Below, one piece after another: positions 41,009-54,900 of a DNA stretch of 64,000 nucleotides. Every line of letters begins with the position of its first letter. Position 1 is the first letter of the stretch. The position numbers and the translations under genes are program-made. This stretch comes from Auanema rhodensis (Eukaryota > Animalia > Nematoda): positions 186,001-250,000 of the forward strand of contig CAXKVF010000085.1 in NCBI GenBank assembly GCA_964057225.1. Reading direction: 5' to 3'. Under the pieces are notes generated by a model, which saw only the letters and a list, made by a program, of their open reading frames with translations, did not search any database and had not been told where the DNA came from.

Positions 41009-44000
41009 CACGTGAAAGATAAAGAGATGCGGTTTTCAAAATTAGATTCCCCATGTCCATATTAGTCTAAAAACAGATTTTTATTGATATTGGTGCATGG
41101 TAACCATGACTTTGAAATTTACGTGAACTTTAATTTATGCTAATTAAATGTACACGTGATGTGCACTTGGTATGTAACTCGCTTCACGTGAAAGATAAAG
41201 AGATGCGGTTTTCAAAATTAGATTCCCCATGTACATATTAGTCTAAAAACAAATTTTTATTGATATTGGTTCATGGTAACCATGACTTTGAAATTTACGT
41301 GAACTTTAATTTATGCTAATTAAATGTACACGTGATGTGCACTTAGTATGTAACTCGCTTCACGTGAAAGATAAAGAGATGCGGTTTTCAAAATTAGATT
41401 CCCCATGTCCATATTAGTCTAAAAACAAATTTTTATTGATATTGGTTCATGGTAACCATGACTTTGAAATTTACGTGAACTTTAATTTATGCTAATTAAA
41501 TGTACACGTGATGTGCACTTGGTATGTAACTCGCTTCACGTGAAAGATAAAGAGATGCGGTTTTCAAAATTAGATTCCCCATGTCCATATTAGTCTAAAA
41601 ACAAATTTTTATTGATATTGGTGCATGGTAACCATGACTTTGAAATTTACGTGAACTTTAATTTATGCTAATTAAATGTACACGTGATGTGCACTTGGTA
41701 TGTAACTCGCTTCACGTGAAAGATAAAGAGATGCGGTTTTCAAAATTAGATTCCCCATGTCCATATTAGTCTAAAAACAAATTTTTATTGATATTGGTTC
41801 ATGGTAACCATGACTTTGAAATTTACGTGAACTTTAATTTATGCTAATTAAATGTACACGTGATGTGCACTTGGTATGTAACTCGCTTCACGTGAAAGAT
41901 AAAGAGATGCGGTTTTCAAAATTAGATTCCCCATGTCCATATTAGTCTAAAAACAGATTTTTATTGATATTGGTGCATGGTAACCATGACTTTGAAATTT
42001 ACGTGAACTTTAATTTATGCTAATTAAATGTACACGTGATGTGCACTTGGTATGTAACTCGCTTCACGTGAAAGATAAAAAGATGCGGTTTTCAAAATTA
42101 GATTCCCCATGTACATATTAGTCTAAAAACAAATTTTTATTGATATTGGTTCATGGTAACCATGACTTTGAAATTTACGTGAACTTTAATTTATGCTAAT
42201 TAAATGTACACGTGATGTGCACTTGGTATGTAACTCGCTTCACGTGAAAGATAAAAAGATGCGGTTTTCAAAATTAGATTCCCCATGTACATATTAGTCT
42301 AAAAACAAATTTTTATTGATATTGGTTCATGGTAACCATGACTTTGAAATTTACGTGAACTTTAATTTATGCTAATTAAATGTACACGTGATGTGCACTT
42401 GGTATGTAACTCGCTTCACGTGGAAGATAAAGAGATGCGGTTTTCAAAATTAGATTCCCCATGTCCATATTAGTCTAAAAACAAATTTTTATTGATATTG
42501 GTGCATGGTAACCATGACTTTGAAATTTACGTGAACTTTAATTTATGCTAATTAAATGTACACGTGATGTGCACTTGGTATGTAACTCGCTTCACGTGAA
42601 AGATAAAGAGATGCGGTTTTCAAAATTAGATTCCCCATGTCCATATTAGTCTAAAAACAAATTTTTATTGATATTGGTTCATGGTAACCATGACTTTGAA
42701 ATTTACGTGAACTTTAATTTATGCTAATTAAATGTACACGTGATGTGCACTTGGTATGTAACTCGCTTCACGTGAAAGATAAAGAGATGCGGTTTTCAAA
42801 ATTAGATTCCCCATGTCCATATTAGTCTAAAAACAAATTTTTATCGATATTGGTTCATGGTAACCATGACTTTGAAATTTACGTGAACTTTAATTTATGC
42901 TAATTAAATGTACACGTGATGTGCACTTGGTATGTAACTCGCTTCACGTGAAAGATAAAGAGATGCGGTTTTCAAAATTAGATTCCCCATGTCCATATTA
43001 GTCTAAAAACAGATTTTTATTGATATTGGTGCATGGTAACCATGACTTTGAAATTTACGTGAACTTTAATTTATGCTAATTAAATGTACACGTGATGTGC
43101 ACTTGGTATGTAACTCGCTTCACGTGAAAGATAAAGAGATGCGGTTTTCAAAATTAGATTCCCCATGTACATATTAGTTTAAAAACAAATTTTTATTGAT
43201 ATTGGTTCATGGTAACCATGACTTTGAAATTTACGTGAACTTTAATTTATGCTAATTAAATGTACACGTGATGTGCACTTAGTATGTAACTCGCTTCACG
43301 TGAAAGATAAAGAGATGCGGTTTTCAAAATTAGATTCCCCATGTCCATATTAGTCTAAAAACAAATTTTTATTGATATTGGTTCATGGTAACCATGACTT
43401 TGAAATTTACGTGAACTTTAATTTATGCTAATTAAATGTACACGTGATGTGCACTTGGTATGTAACTCGCTTCACGTGAAAGATAAAGAGATGCGGTTTT
43501 CAAAATTAGATTCCCCATGTCCATATTAGTCTAAAAACAAATTTTTATTGATATTGGTGCATGGTAACCATGACTTTGAAATTTACGTGAACTTTAATTT
43601 ATGCTAATTAAATGTACACGTGATGTGCACTTGGTATGTAACTCGCTTCACGTGAAAGATAAAGAGATGCGGTTTTCAAAATTAGATTCCCCATGTCCAT
43701 ATTAGTCTAAAAACAAATTTTTATTGATATTGGTTCATGGTAACCATGACTTTGAAATTTACGTGAACTTTAATTTATGCTAATTAAATGTACACGTGAT
43801 GTGCACTTGGTATGTAACTCGCTTCACGTGAAAGATAAAGAGATGCGGTTTTCAAAATTAGATTCCCCATGTCCATATTAGTCTAAAAACAGATTTTTAT
43901 TGATATTGGTGCATGGTAACCATGACTTTGAAATTTACGTGAACTTTAATTTATGCTAATTAAATGTACACGTGATGTGCACTTGGTATGTAACTCGCTT

Positions 44001-44700
44001 CACGTGAAAGATAAAAAGATGCGGTTTTCAAAATTAGATTCCCCATGTACATATTAGTCTAAAAACAAATTTTTATTGATATTGGTTCATGGTAACCATG
44101 ACTTTGAAATTTACGTGAACTTTAATTTATGCTAATTAAATGTACACGTGATGTGCACTTGGTATGTAACTCGCTTCACGTGGAAGATAAAGAGATGCGG
44201 TTTTCAAAATTAGATTCCCCATGTCCATATTAGTCTAAAAACAAATTTTTATTGATATTGGTGCATGGTAACCATGACTTTGAAATTTACGTGAACTTTA
44301 ATTTATGCTAATTAAATGTACACGTGATGTGCACTTGGTATGTAACTCGCTTCACGTGAAAGATAAAGAGATGCGGTTTTCAAAATTAGATTCCCCATGT
44401 CCATATTAGTCTAAAAACAAATTTTTATTGATATTGGTTCATGGTAACCATGACTTTGAAATTTACGTGAACTTTAATTTATGCTAATTAAATGTACACG
44501 TGATGTGCACTTGGTATGTAACTCGCTTCACGTGAAAGATAAAGAGATGCGGTTTTCAAAATTAGATTCCCCATGTCCATATTAGTCTAAAAACAAATTT
44601 TTATTGATATTGGTTCATGGTAACCATGACTTTGAAATTTACGTGAACTTTAATTTATGCTAATTAAATGTACACGTGATGTGCACTTGGTATGTAACTC
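41009..44700. repeat. Duplication at 11-monomer (1936 bp) offset with internal 5-monomer structure
   Basis: G161A at 41345/43281; G16A+C49A monomers at 42065/44001; A68G monomers at 41009, 41889, 42945, 43825. Confidence 0.85.
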
Positions 44701-46112
44701 GCTTCACGTGAAATATAAAGAGATGCGGTTTTCAAAATTAGATTCCCCATGTCCATATTAGTCTAAAAACAAATTTTTATTGATATTGGTGCATGGTAAC
44801 CATGACTTTGAAATTTACGTGAACTTTAATTTATGCTAATTAAATGTACACGTGATGTGCACTTGGTATGTAACTCGCTTCACGTGAAAGATAAAGAGAT
44901 GCGGTTTTCAAAATTAGATTCCCCATGTCCATATTAGTCTAAAAACAAATTTTTATTGATATTGGTTCATGGTAACCATGACTTTGAAATTTACGTGAAC
45001 TTTAATTTATGCTAATTAAATGTACACGTGATGTGCACTTGGTATGTAACTCGCTTCACGTGAAATATAAAGAGATGCGGTTTTCAAAATTAGATTCCCC
45101 ATGTACATATTAGTCTAAAAACAAATTTTTATTGATATTGGTTCATGGTAACCATGACTTTGAAATTTACGTGAACTTTAATTTATACTAATTAAATGTA
45201 CACGTGATGTGCACTTGGTATGTAACTCGCTTCACGTGGAAGATAAAGAGATGCGGTTTTCAAAATTAGATTCCCCATGTCCATATTAGTCTAAAAACAA
45301 ATTTTTATTGATATTGGTTCATGGTAACCATGACTTTGAAATTTACGTGAACTTTAATTTATGCTAATTAAATGTACACGTGATGTGCACTTGGTATGTA
45401 ACTCGCTTCACGTGAAATATAAAGAGATGCGGTTTTCAAAATTAGATTCCCCATGTCCATATTAGTCTAAAAACAAATTTTTATTGATATTGGTGCATGG
45501 TAACCATGACTTTGAAATTTACGTGAACTTTAATTTATGCTAATTAAATGTACACGTGATGTGCACTTGGTATGTAACTCGCTTCACGTGAAAGATAAAG
45601 AGATGCGGTTTTCAAAATTAGATTCCTCATGTCCATATTAGTCTAAAAACAAATTTTTATTGATATTGGTGCATGGTAACCATGACTTTGAAATTTACGT
45701 GAACTTTAATTTATGCTAATTAAACGTACACGTGATGTGCACTTGGTATGTAACTCGCTTCACGTGAAAGATAAAGAGATGCGGTTTTCAAAATTAGATT
45801 CCCCATGTCCATATTAGTCTAAAAACAAATTTTTATTGATATTGGTGCATGGTAACCATGACTTTGAAATTTACGTGAACTTTAATTTATGCTAATTAAA
45901 TGTACACGTGATGTGCACTTGGTATGTAACTCGCTTCACGTGAAAGATAAAGAGATGCGGTTTTCAAAATTAGATTCCCCATGTCCATATAAGTCTAAAA
46001 ACAAATTTTTATTGATATTGGTTCATGGTAACCATGACTTTGAAATTTACGTGAACTTTAATTTATGCTAATTAAATGTACACGTGATGTGCACTTGGTA
46101 TGTAACTCGCTT

Positions 46113-49100
46113 CACGTGAAATATAAAGAGATGCGGTTTTCAAAATTAGATTCCCCATGTCCATATTAGTCTAAAATAAATTTTTATTGATATTGGTTCA
46201 TGGTAACCATGACTTTGAAATTTACGTGAACTTTAATTTATGCTAATTAAATGTACACGTGATGTGCACTTGGTATGTAACTCGCTTCACGTGAAAGATA
46301 AAGAGATGCGGTTTTCAAAATTAGATTCCTCATGTCCATATTAGTCTAAAAACAAATTTTTATTGATATTGGTGCATGGTAACCATGACTTTGAAATTTA
46401 CGTGAACTTTAATTTATGCTAATTAAATGTACACGTGATGTGCACTTGGTATGTAACTCGCTTCACGTGAAAGATAAAGAGATGCGGTTTTCAAAATTAG
46501 ATTCCCCATGTCCATATTAGTCTAAAAACAAATTTTTATTGATATTGGTGCATGGTAACCATGACTTTGAAATTTACGTGAACTTTAATTTATGCTAATT
46601 AAATGTACACGTGATGTGCACTTGGTATGTAACTCGCTTCACGTGAAAGATAAAGAGATGCGGTTTTCAAAAATAGATTCCCCATGTCCATATTAGTCTA
46701 AAAACAAATTTTTATTGATATTGGTTCATGGTAACCATGACTTTGAAATTTACGTGAACTTTAATTTATGCTAATTAAATATACACGTGATGTGCACTTG
46801 GTATGTAACTCGCTTCACGTGAAAGATAAAGAGATGCGGTTTTCAAAATTAGATTCCCCATGTCCATATTAGTCTAAAAACAAATTTTTATTGATATTGG
46901 TTCATGGTAACCATGACTTTGAAATTTACGTGAACTTTAATTTATGCTAATTAAATGTACACGTGATGTGCACTTGGTATGTAACTCGCTTCACGTGAAA
47001 TATAAAGAGATGCGGTTTTCAAAATTAGATTCCCCATGTCCATATTAGTCTAAAAATAAGTTTTTATTGATATTGGTGCATGGTAACCATGACTTTGAAA
47101 TTTACGTGAACTTTAATTTATGCTAATTAAATGTACACGTGATGTGCACTTGGTATGTAACTCGCTTCACGTGAAAGATAAAGAGATGCGGTTTTCAAAA
47201 TTAGATTCCTCATGTCCATATTAGTCTAAAAACAAATTTTTATTGATATTGGTGCATGGTAACCATGACTTTGAAATTTACGTGAACTTTAATTTATGCT
47301 AATTAAACGTACACGTGATGTGCACTTGGTATGTAACTCGCTTCACGTGAAAGATAAAGAGATGCGGTTTTCAAAATTAGATTCCCCATGTCCATATTAG
47401 TCTAAAAACAAATTTTTATTGATATTGGTGCATGGTAACCATGACTTTGAAATTTACGTGAACTTTAATTTATGCTAATTAAATGTACACGTGATGTGCA
47501 CTTGGTATGTAACTCGCTTCACGTGAAAGATAAAGAGATGCGGTTTTCAAAATTAGATTCCCCATGTCCATATTAGTCTACAAAAAAATTTTTATTGATA
47601 TTGGTGCATGGTAACCATGACTTTGAAATTTACGTGAACTTTAATTTATGCTAATTAAATGTACACTTGATGTGCACTTGGTATGTAACTCGCTTCACGT
47701 GAAAGATAAAGAGATGCGGTTTTCAAAATTAGATTCCCCATGTCCATATTAGTCTAAAAACAAATTTTTATTGATATTGGTGCATGGTAACCATGACTTT
47801 GAAATTTACGTGAACTTTAATTTATGCTAATTAAATGTACACGTGATGTGCACTTGGTATGTAACTCGCTTCACGTGAAAGATAAAGAGATGCGGTTTTC
47901 AAAATTAGATTCCCCATGTCCATATTAGTCTAAAAACAAATTTTTATTGATATTGGTTCATGGTAACCATGACTTTGAAATTTACGTGAACTTTAATTTA
48001 TGCTAATTAAATGTACACGTGATGTGCACTTGGTATGTAACTCGCTTCACGTGAAAGATAAAGAGATGCGGTTTTCAAAATTAGATTCCCCATGTCCATA
48101 TTAGTCTAAAAACAAATTTTCATTGATATTGCTTCATGGTAACCATGACTTTGAAATTTACGTGAGCTTTAATTTATGCTAATTAAATGTACACGTGATG
48201 TGCACTTGGTATGTAACTCGCTTCACGTGAAATATAAAGAGATGCGGTTTTCAAAATTAGATTCCCCATGTCCATATTAGTCTAAAAACAAATTTTTATT
48301 GATATTGGTTCATGGTAACCATGACTTTGAAATTTACGTGAACTTTAATTTATGCTAATTAAATGTACACGTGATGTGCACTTGGTATGTAACTCGCTTC
48401 ACGTGAAAGATAAAGAGATGCGGTTTTCAAAATTAGATTCCTCATGTCCATATTAGTCTAAAAACAAATTTTTATTGATATTGGTGCATGGTAACCATGA
48501 CTTTGAAATTTACGTGAACTTTAATTTATGCTAATTAAATGTACACGTGATGTGCACTTGGTATGTAACTCGCTTCACGTGAAAGATAAAGAGATGCGGT
48601 TTTCAAAATTAGATTCCCCATGTCCATATTAGTCTAAAAACAAATTTTTATTGATATTGGTGCATGGTAACCATGACTTTGAAATTTACGTGAACTTTAA
48701 TTTATGCTAATTAAATGTACACGTGATGTGCACTTGGTATGTAACTCGCTTCACGTGAAAGATAAAGAGATGCGGTTTTCAAAAATAGATTCCCCATGTC
48801 CATATTAGTCTAAAAACAAATTTTTATTGATATTGGTTCATGGTAACCATGACTTTGAAATTTACGTGAACTTTAATTTATGCTAATTAAATGTACACGT
48901 GATGTGCACTTGGTATGTAACTCGCTTCACGTGAAAGATAAAGAGATGCGGTTTTCAAAATTAGATTCCCCATGTCCATATTAGTCTAAAAACAAATTTT
49001 TATTGATATTGGTTCATGGTAACCATGACTTTGAAATTTACGTGAACTTTAATTTATGCTAATTAAATGTACACGTGATGTGCACTTGGTATGTAACTCG

Positions 49101-50335
49101 CTTCACGTGAAATATAAAGAGATGCGGTTTTCAAAATTAGATTCCCCATGTCCATATTAGTCTAAAAATAAGTTTTTATTGATATTGGTGCATGGTAACC
49201 ATGACTTTGAAATTTACGTGAACTTTAATTTATGCTAATTAAATGTACACGTGATGTGCACTTGGTATGTAACTCGCTTCACGTGAAAGATAAAGAGATG
49301 CGGTTTTCAAAATTAGATTCCTCATGTCCATATTAGTCTAAAAACAAATTTTTATTGATATTGGTGCATGGTAACCATGACTTTGAAATTTACGTGAACT
49401 TTAATTTATGCTAATTAAACGTACACGTGATGTGCACTTGGTATGTAACTCGCTTCACGTGAAAGATAAAGAGATGCGGTTTTCAAAATTAGATTCCCCA
49501 TGTCCATATTAGTCTAAAAACAAATTTTTATTGATATTGGTGCATGGTAACCATGACTTTGAAATTTACGTGAACTTTAATTTATGCTAATTAAATGTAC
49601 ACGTGATGTGCACTTGGTATGTAACTCGCTTCACGTGAAAGATAAAGAGATGCGGTTTTCAAAATTAGATTCCCCATGTCCATATTAGTCTACAAAAAAA
49701 TTTTTATTGATATTGGTGCATGGTAACCATGACTTTGAAATTTACGTGAACTTTAATTTATGCTAATTAAATGTACACTTGATGTGCACTTGGTATGTAA
49801 CTCGCTTCACGTGAAAGATAAAGAGATGCGGTTTTCAAAATTAGATTCCCCATGTCCATATTAGTCTAAAAACAAATTTTTATTGATATTGGTGCATGGT
49901 AACCATGACTTTGAAATTTACGTGAACTTTAATTTATGCTAATTAAATGTACACGTGATGTGCACTTGGTATGTAACTCGCTTCACGTGAAAGATAAAGA
50001 GATGCGGTTTTCAAAATTAGATTCCCCATGTCCATATTAGTCTAAAAACAAATTTTTATTGATATTGGTTCATGGTAACCATGACTTTGAAATTTACGTG
50101 AACTATAATTTATGCTAATTAAATGTACACGTGATGTGCACTTGGTATGTAACTCGCTTCACGTGAAAGATAAAGAGATGCGGTTTTCAAAATTAGATTC
50201 CCCATGTCCATATTAGTCTAAAAACAAATTTTCATTGATATTGCTTCATGGTAACCATGACTTTGAAATTTACGTGAGCTTTAATTTATGCTAATTAAAT
50301 GTACACGTGATGTGCACTTGGTATGTAACTTGCTT
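46113..50335. repeat. Near-perfect 12-monomer (2112 bp) tandem duplication
   Basis: T34A at 46673/48785; C66T+A69G at 47057/49169; A62C+C66A at 47581/49693; T74C+G85C+A119G at 48121/50233. Confidence 0.92.
46171..46180. other. 1-bp deletion in the A-tract (CTAAAATAAA vs consensus CTAAAAACAAA), giving a 175-bp monomer
   Basis: The array register shifts by -1 from here on. Confidence 0.93.
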
Positions 50336-53300
50336 CACGTGAAAGATAAAGAGATGCGGTTTTCAAAATTAGATTCCCCATGTCAATATTAGTCTAAAAA
50401 CAAATTTTTATTGATATTGGTGCGTGGTAACCATGACTTTGAAATTTACGTGAACTTTAATTTATGCTAATTAAATGTACACGTGATGTGCACTTGGTAT
50501 GTAACTCGCTTCACGTGAAAGATAAAGAGATGCGGTTTTCAAAATTAGATTCCCCATGTCCATATTAGTCTAAAAACAAAATTTTATTGATATTGGTGCA
50601 TGGTAACCATGACTTTGAAATTTACGTGAACTTTAATTTATGCTAATTAAATGTACACGTGATGTGCACTTGGTATGTAACTCGCTTCACGTGAAAGATA
50701 AAGAGATGCGGTTTTCAAAATTAGATTCCCCATGTCCATATTAGTCTAAAAACAAATTTTTATTGATATTGGTGCATGGTAACCATGACTTTGAAATTTA
50801 CGTGAACTTTAATTTATGCTAATTAAATGTACACGTGATGTGCACTTGGTATGTAACTCGCTTCACGTGAAAGATAAAGAGATGCGGTTCTCAAAATTAG
50901 ATTGCCCATGTCCATATTAGTCTAAAAACAAATTTTTATTGATATTGGTGCATGGTAACCATGACTTTGAAATTTACGTGAACTTTAATTTATGCTAATT
51001 AAATGTACACGTGATGTGCACTTGGTATGTAACTCGCTTCACGTGAAAGATAAAGAGATGCGGTTTTCAAAATTAGATTCCTCATGTCCATATTAGTCTA
51101 AAAACAAATTTTTATTGATATTGGTGCATGGTAACCATGATTTTGAAATTTACGTGAACTTTAATTTATGCTAATTAAATGTACACGTGATGTGCACTTG
51201 GTATGTAACTCGCTTCACGTGAAAGATAAAGAGATGCGGTTTTCAAAGTTAGATTCCCCATGTCCATATTAGTCTAAAAACGAATTTTTATTGATATTGG
51301 TGCATGGTAACCACGACTTTGAAATTTACGTGAACTTTAATTTATGCTAATTAAATGTACACGTGATGTGCACTTGGTATGTAACTCGCTTCACGTGAAA
51401 GATAAAGAGATGCGGTTTTCAAAATTAGATTCCCCATGTCCATATTAGTCTAAAAACTAATTTTTATTGATATTGGTGCATGGTAACCATGACTTTGAAA
51501 TTTACGTGAACTTTAATTTATGCTAATTAAATGTACACGTGATGTGCACTTGGTATGTAACTCGCTTCACGTGAAAGATAAAGAGATGCGGTTTTCAAAA
51601 TTAGATTCCCCATGTCCATATTAGTCTAAAAACAAATTTTTATTGATAATGGTTCATGGTAACCATGACTTTGAAATTTACGTGAACTTTAATTTATGCT
51701 AATTAAATGTACACGTGATGTGCACTTGGTATGTAACTCGCTTCACGTGAAAGATAAAGAGATGCGGTTTTCAAAATTAGATTCCCCATGTCCATATTAG
51801 TCTAAAAACAAATTTTTATTGATATTGCTTCATGGTAACCATGACTTTGAAATTTACGTGAACTTTAATTTATGCTAATTAAATGTACACGTGATGTGCA
51901 CTTGGTATGTAACTCGCTTCACGTGAAAGATAAAGAGATGCGGTTTTCAAAATTAGATTCCCCATGTCCATATTAGTCTAAAAACAAATTTTTATTGATA
52001 TTGGTGCATGGTAACCATGACTTTGAAATTTACGTGAACTTTAATTTATGCTAATTAAATGTACACGTGATGTGCACTTGGTATGTAACTCGCTTCACGT
52101 GAAAGATAAAGAGATGCGGTTTTCAAAATTAGATTCCCCATGTCCATATTAGTCTAAAAACAAATTTTTATTGATATTGGTGCATGGTAACCATGACTTT
52201 GAAATTTACGTGAACTTTAATTTATGCTAATTAAATGTACACGTGATGTGCACTTGGTATGTAACTCGCTTCACGTGAAAGATAAAGAGATGCGGTTTTC
52301 AAAATTAGATTCCTCATGTCCATATTAGTCTAAAAACAAATTTTTATTGATATTGGTGCATGGTAACCATGACTTTGAATTTTACGTGAACTTTAATTTA
52401 TGCTAATTAAATGTACACGTGATGTGCACTTGGTATGTAACTCGCTTCACGTGAAAGATAAAGAGATGCGGTTTTCAAAGTTAGATTCCCCATGTCCATA
52501 TTAGTCTAAAAACGAATTTTTATTGATATTGGTGCATGGTAACCACGACTTTGAAATTTACGTGAACTTTAATTTATGCTAATTAAATGTACACGTGATG
52601 TGCACTTGGTATGTAACTCGCTTCACGTGAAAGATAAAGAGATGCGGTTTTCAAAATTAGATTCCCCATGTCCATATTAGTCTAAAAACTAATTTTTATT
52701 GATATTGGTGCATGGTAACCATGACTTTGAAATTTACGTGAACTTTAATTTATGCTAATTAAATGTACACGTGATGTGCACTTGGTATGTAACTCGCTTC
52801 ACGTGAAAGATAAAGAGATGCGGTTTTCAAAATTAGATTCCCCATGTCCATATTAGTCTAAAAACGAATTTTTATTGATATTGGTGCATGGTAACCACGA
52901 CTTTGAAATTTACGTGAACTTTAATTTATGCTAATTAAATGTACACGTGATGTGCACTTGGTATGTAACTCGCTTCACGTGAAAGATAAAGAGATGCGGT
53001 TTTCAAAATTAGATTCCTCATGTCCATATTAGTCTAAAAACAAATTTTTATTGATATTGGTGCATGGTAACCATGACTTTGAAATTTACGTGAACTTTAA
53101 TTTATGCTAATTAAATGTACACGTGATGTGCACTTGGTATGTAACTCGCTTCACGTGAAAGATAAAGAGATGCGGTTTTCAAAATTTGATTCCCCATGTC
53201 CATATTAGTCTAAAAACGAATTTTTATTGATATTGGTGCATGGTAACCACGACTTTGAAATTTACGTGAACTTTAATTTATGCTAATTAAATGTACACGT

Positions 53301-54900
53301 GATGTGCACTTGGTATGTAACTCGCTTCACGTGAAAGATAAAGAGATGCGGTTTTCAAAATTAGATTCCTCATGTCCATATTAGTCTAAAAACAAATTTT
53401 TATTGATATTGGTGCATGGTAACCATGACTTTGAAATTTACGTGAACTTTAATTTATGCTAATTAAATGTACACGTGATGTGCACTTGGTATGTAACTCG
53501 CTTCACGTGAAAGATAAAGAGATGCGGTTTTCAAAATTAGATTCCTCATGTCCATATTAGTCTAAAAACAAATTTTTATTGATATTGGTGCATGGTAACC
53601 ATGACTTTGAAATTTACGTGAACTTTAATTTATGCTAATTAAATGTACACGTGATGTGCACTTGGTATGTAACTCGCTTCACGTGAAAGATAAAGAGATG
53701 CGGTTTTCAAAATTAGATTCCCCATGTCCATATTAGTCTACAAAAAAATTTTTATTGATATTGGTGCATGGTAACCATGACTTTGAAATTTACGTGAACT
53801 TTAATTTATGCTAATTAAATGTACACTTGATGTGCACTTGGTATGTAACTCGCTTCACGTGAAAGATAAAGAGATGCGGTTTTCAAAATTAGATTCCCCA
53901 TGTCCATATTAGTCTAAAAACAAATTTTTATTGATATTGGTGCATGGTAACCATGACTTTGAAATTTACGTGAACTTTAATTTATGCTAATTAAATGTAC
54001 ACGTGATGTGCACTTGGTATGTAACTCGCTTCACGTGAAAGATAAAGAGATGCGGTTTTCAAAATTAGATTCCCCATGTCCATATTAGTCTAAAAACAAA
54101 TTTTTATTGATATTGGTTCATGGTAACCATGACTTTGAAATTTACGTGAACTATAATTTATGCTAATTAAATGTACACGTGATGTGCACTTGGTATGTAA
54201 CTCGCTTCACGTGAAAGATAAAGAGATGCGGTTTTCAAAATTAGATTCCCCATGTCCATATTAGTCTAAAAACAAATTTTTATTGATATTGCTTCATGGT
54301 AACCATGACTTTGAAATTTACGTGAGCTTTAATTTATGCTAATTAAATGTACACGTGATGTGCACTTGGTATGTAACTTGCTTCACGTGAAAGATAAAGA
54401 GATGCGGTTTTCAAAATTAGATTCCCCATGTCAATATTAGTCTAAAAACAAATTTTTATTGATATTGGTGCGTGGTAACCATGACTTTGAAATTTACGTG
54501 AACTTTAATTTATGCTAATTAAATGTACACGTGATGTGCACTTGGTATGTAACTCGCTTCACGTGAAAGATAAAGAGATGCGGTTTTCAAAATTAGATTC
54601 CCCATGTCCATATTAGTCTAAAAACAAAATTTTATTGATATTGGTGCATGGTAACCATGACTTTGAAATTTACGTGAACTTTAATTTATGCTAATTAAAT
54701 GTACACGTGATGTGCACTTGGTATGTAACTCGCTTCACGTGAAAGATAAAGAGATGCGGTTTTCAAAATTAGATTCCCCATGTCCATATTAGTCTAAAAA
54801 CAAATTTTTATTGATATTGGTGCATGGTAACCATGACTTTGAAATTTACGTGAACTTTAATTTATGCTAATTAAATGTACACGTGATGTGCACTTGGTAT
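49632..54900. repeat. Dispersed block copy at 23-monomer (4048 bp) offset (about 49632-50860 to about 53680-54900)
   Basis: A62C at 49693/53741, T122A at 50105/54153, C172T at 50331/54379, C50A at 50385/54433, A89G at 50424/54472, T70A at 50581/54629. Confidence 0.9.

Noticed and set aside
45889-46071. 60-aa ORF (MLIKCTRDVH...)
   Set aside because: It is one monomer read through because a single T55A change at 45991 turns the consensus TAG into AAG. The other copies I read retain a stop there (G57A gives TAA). There is no recognisable domain or gene context.
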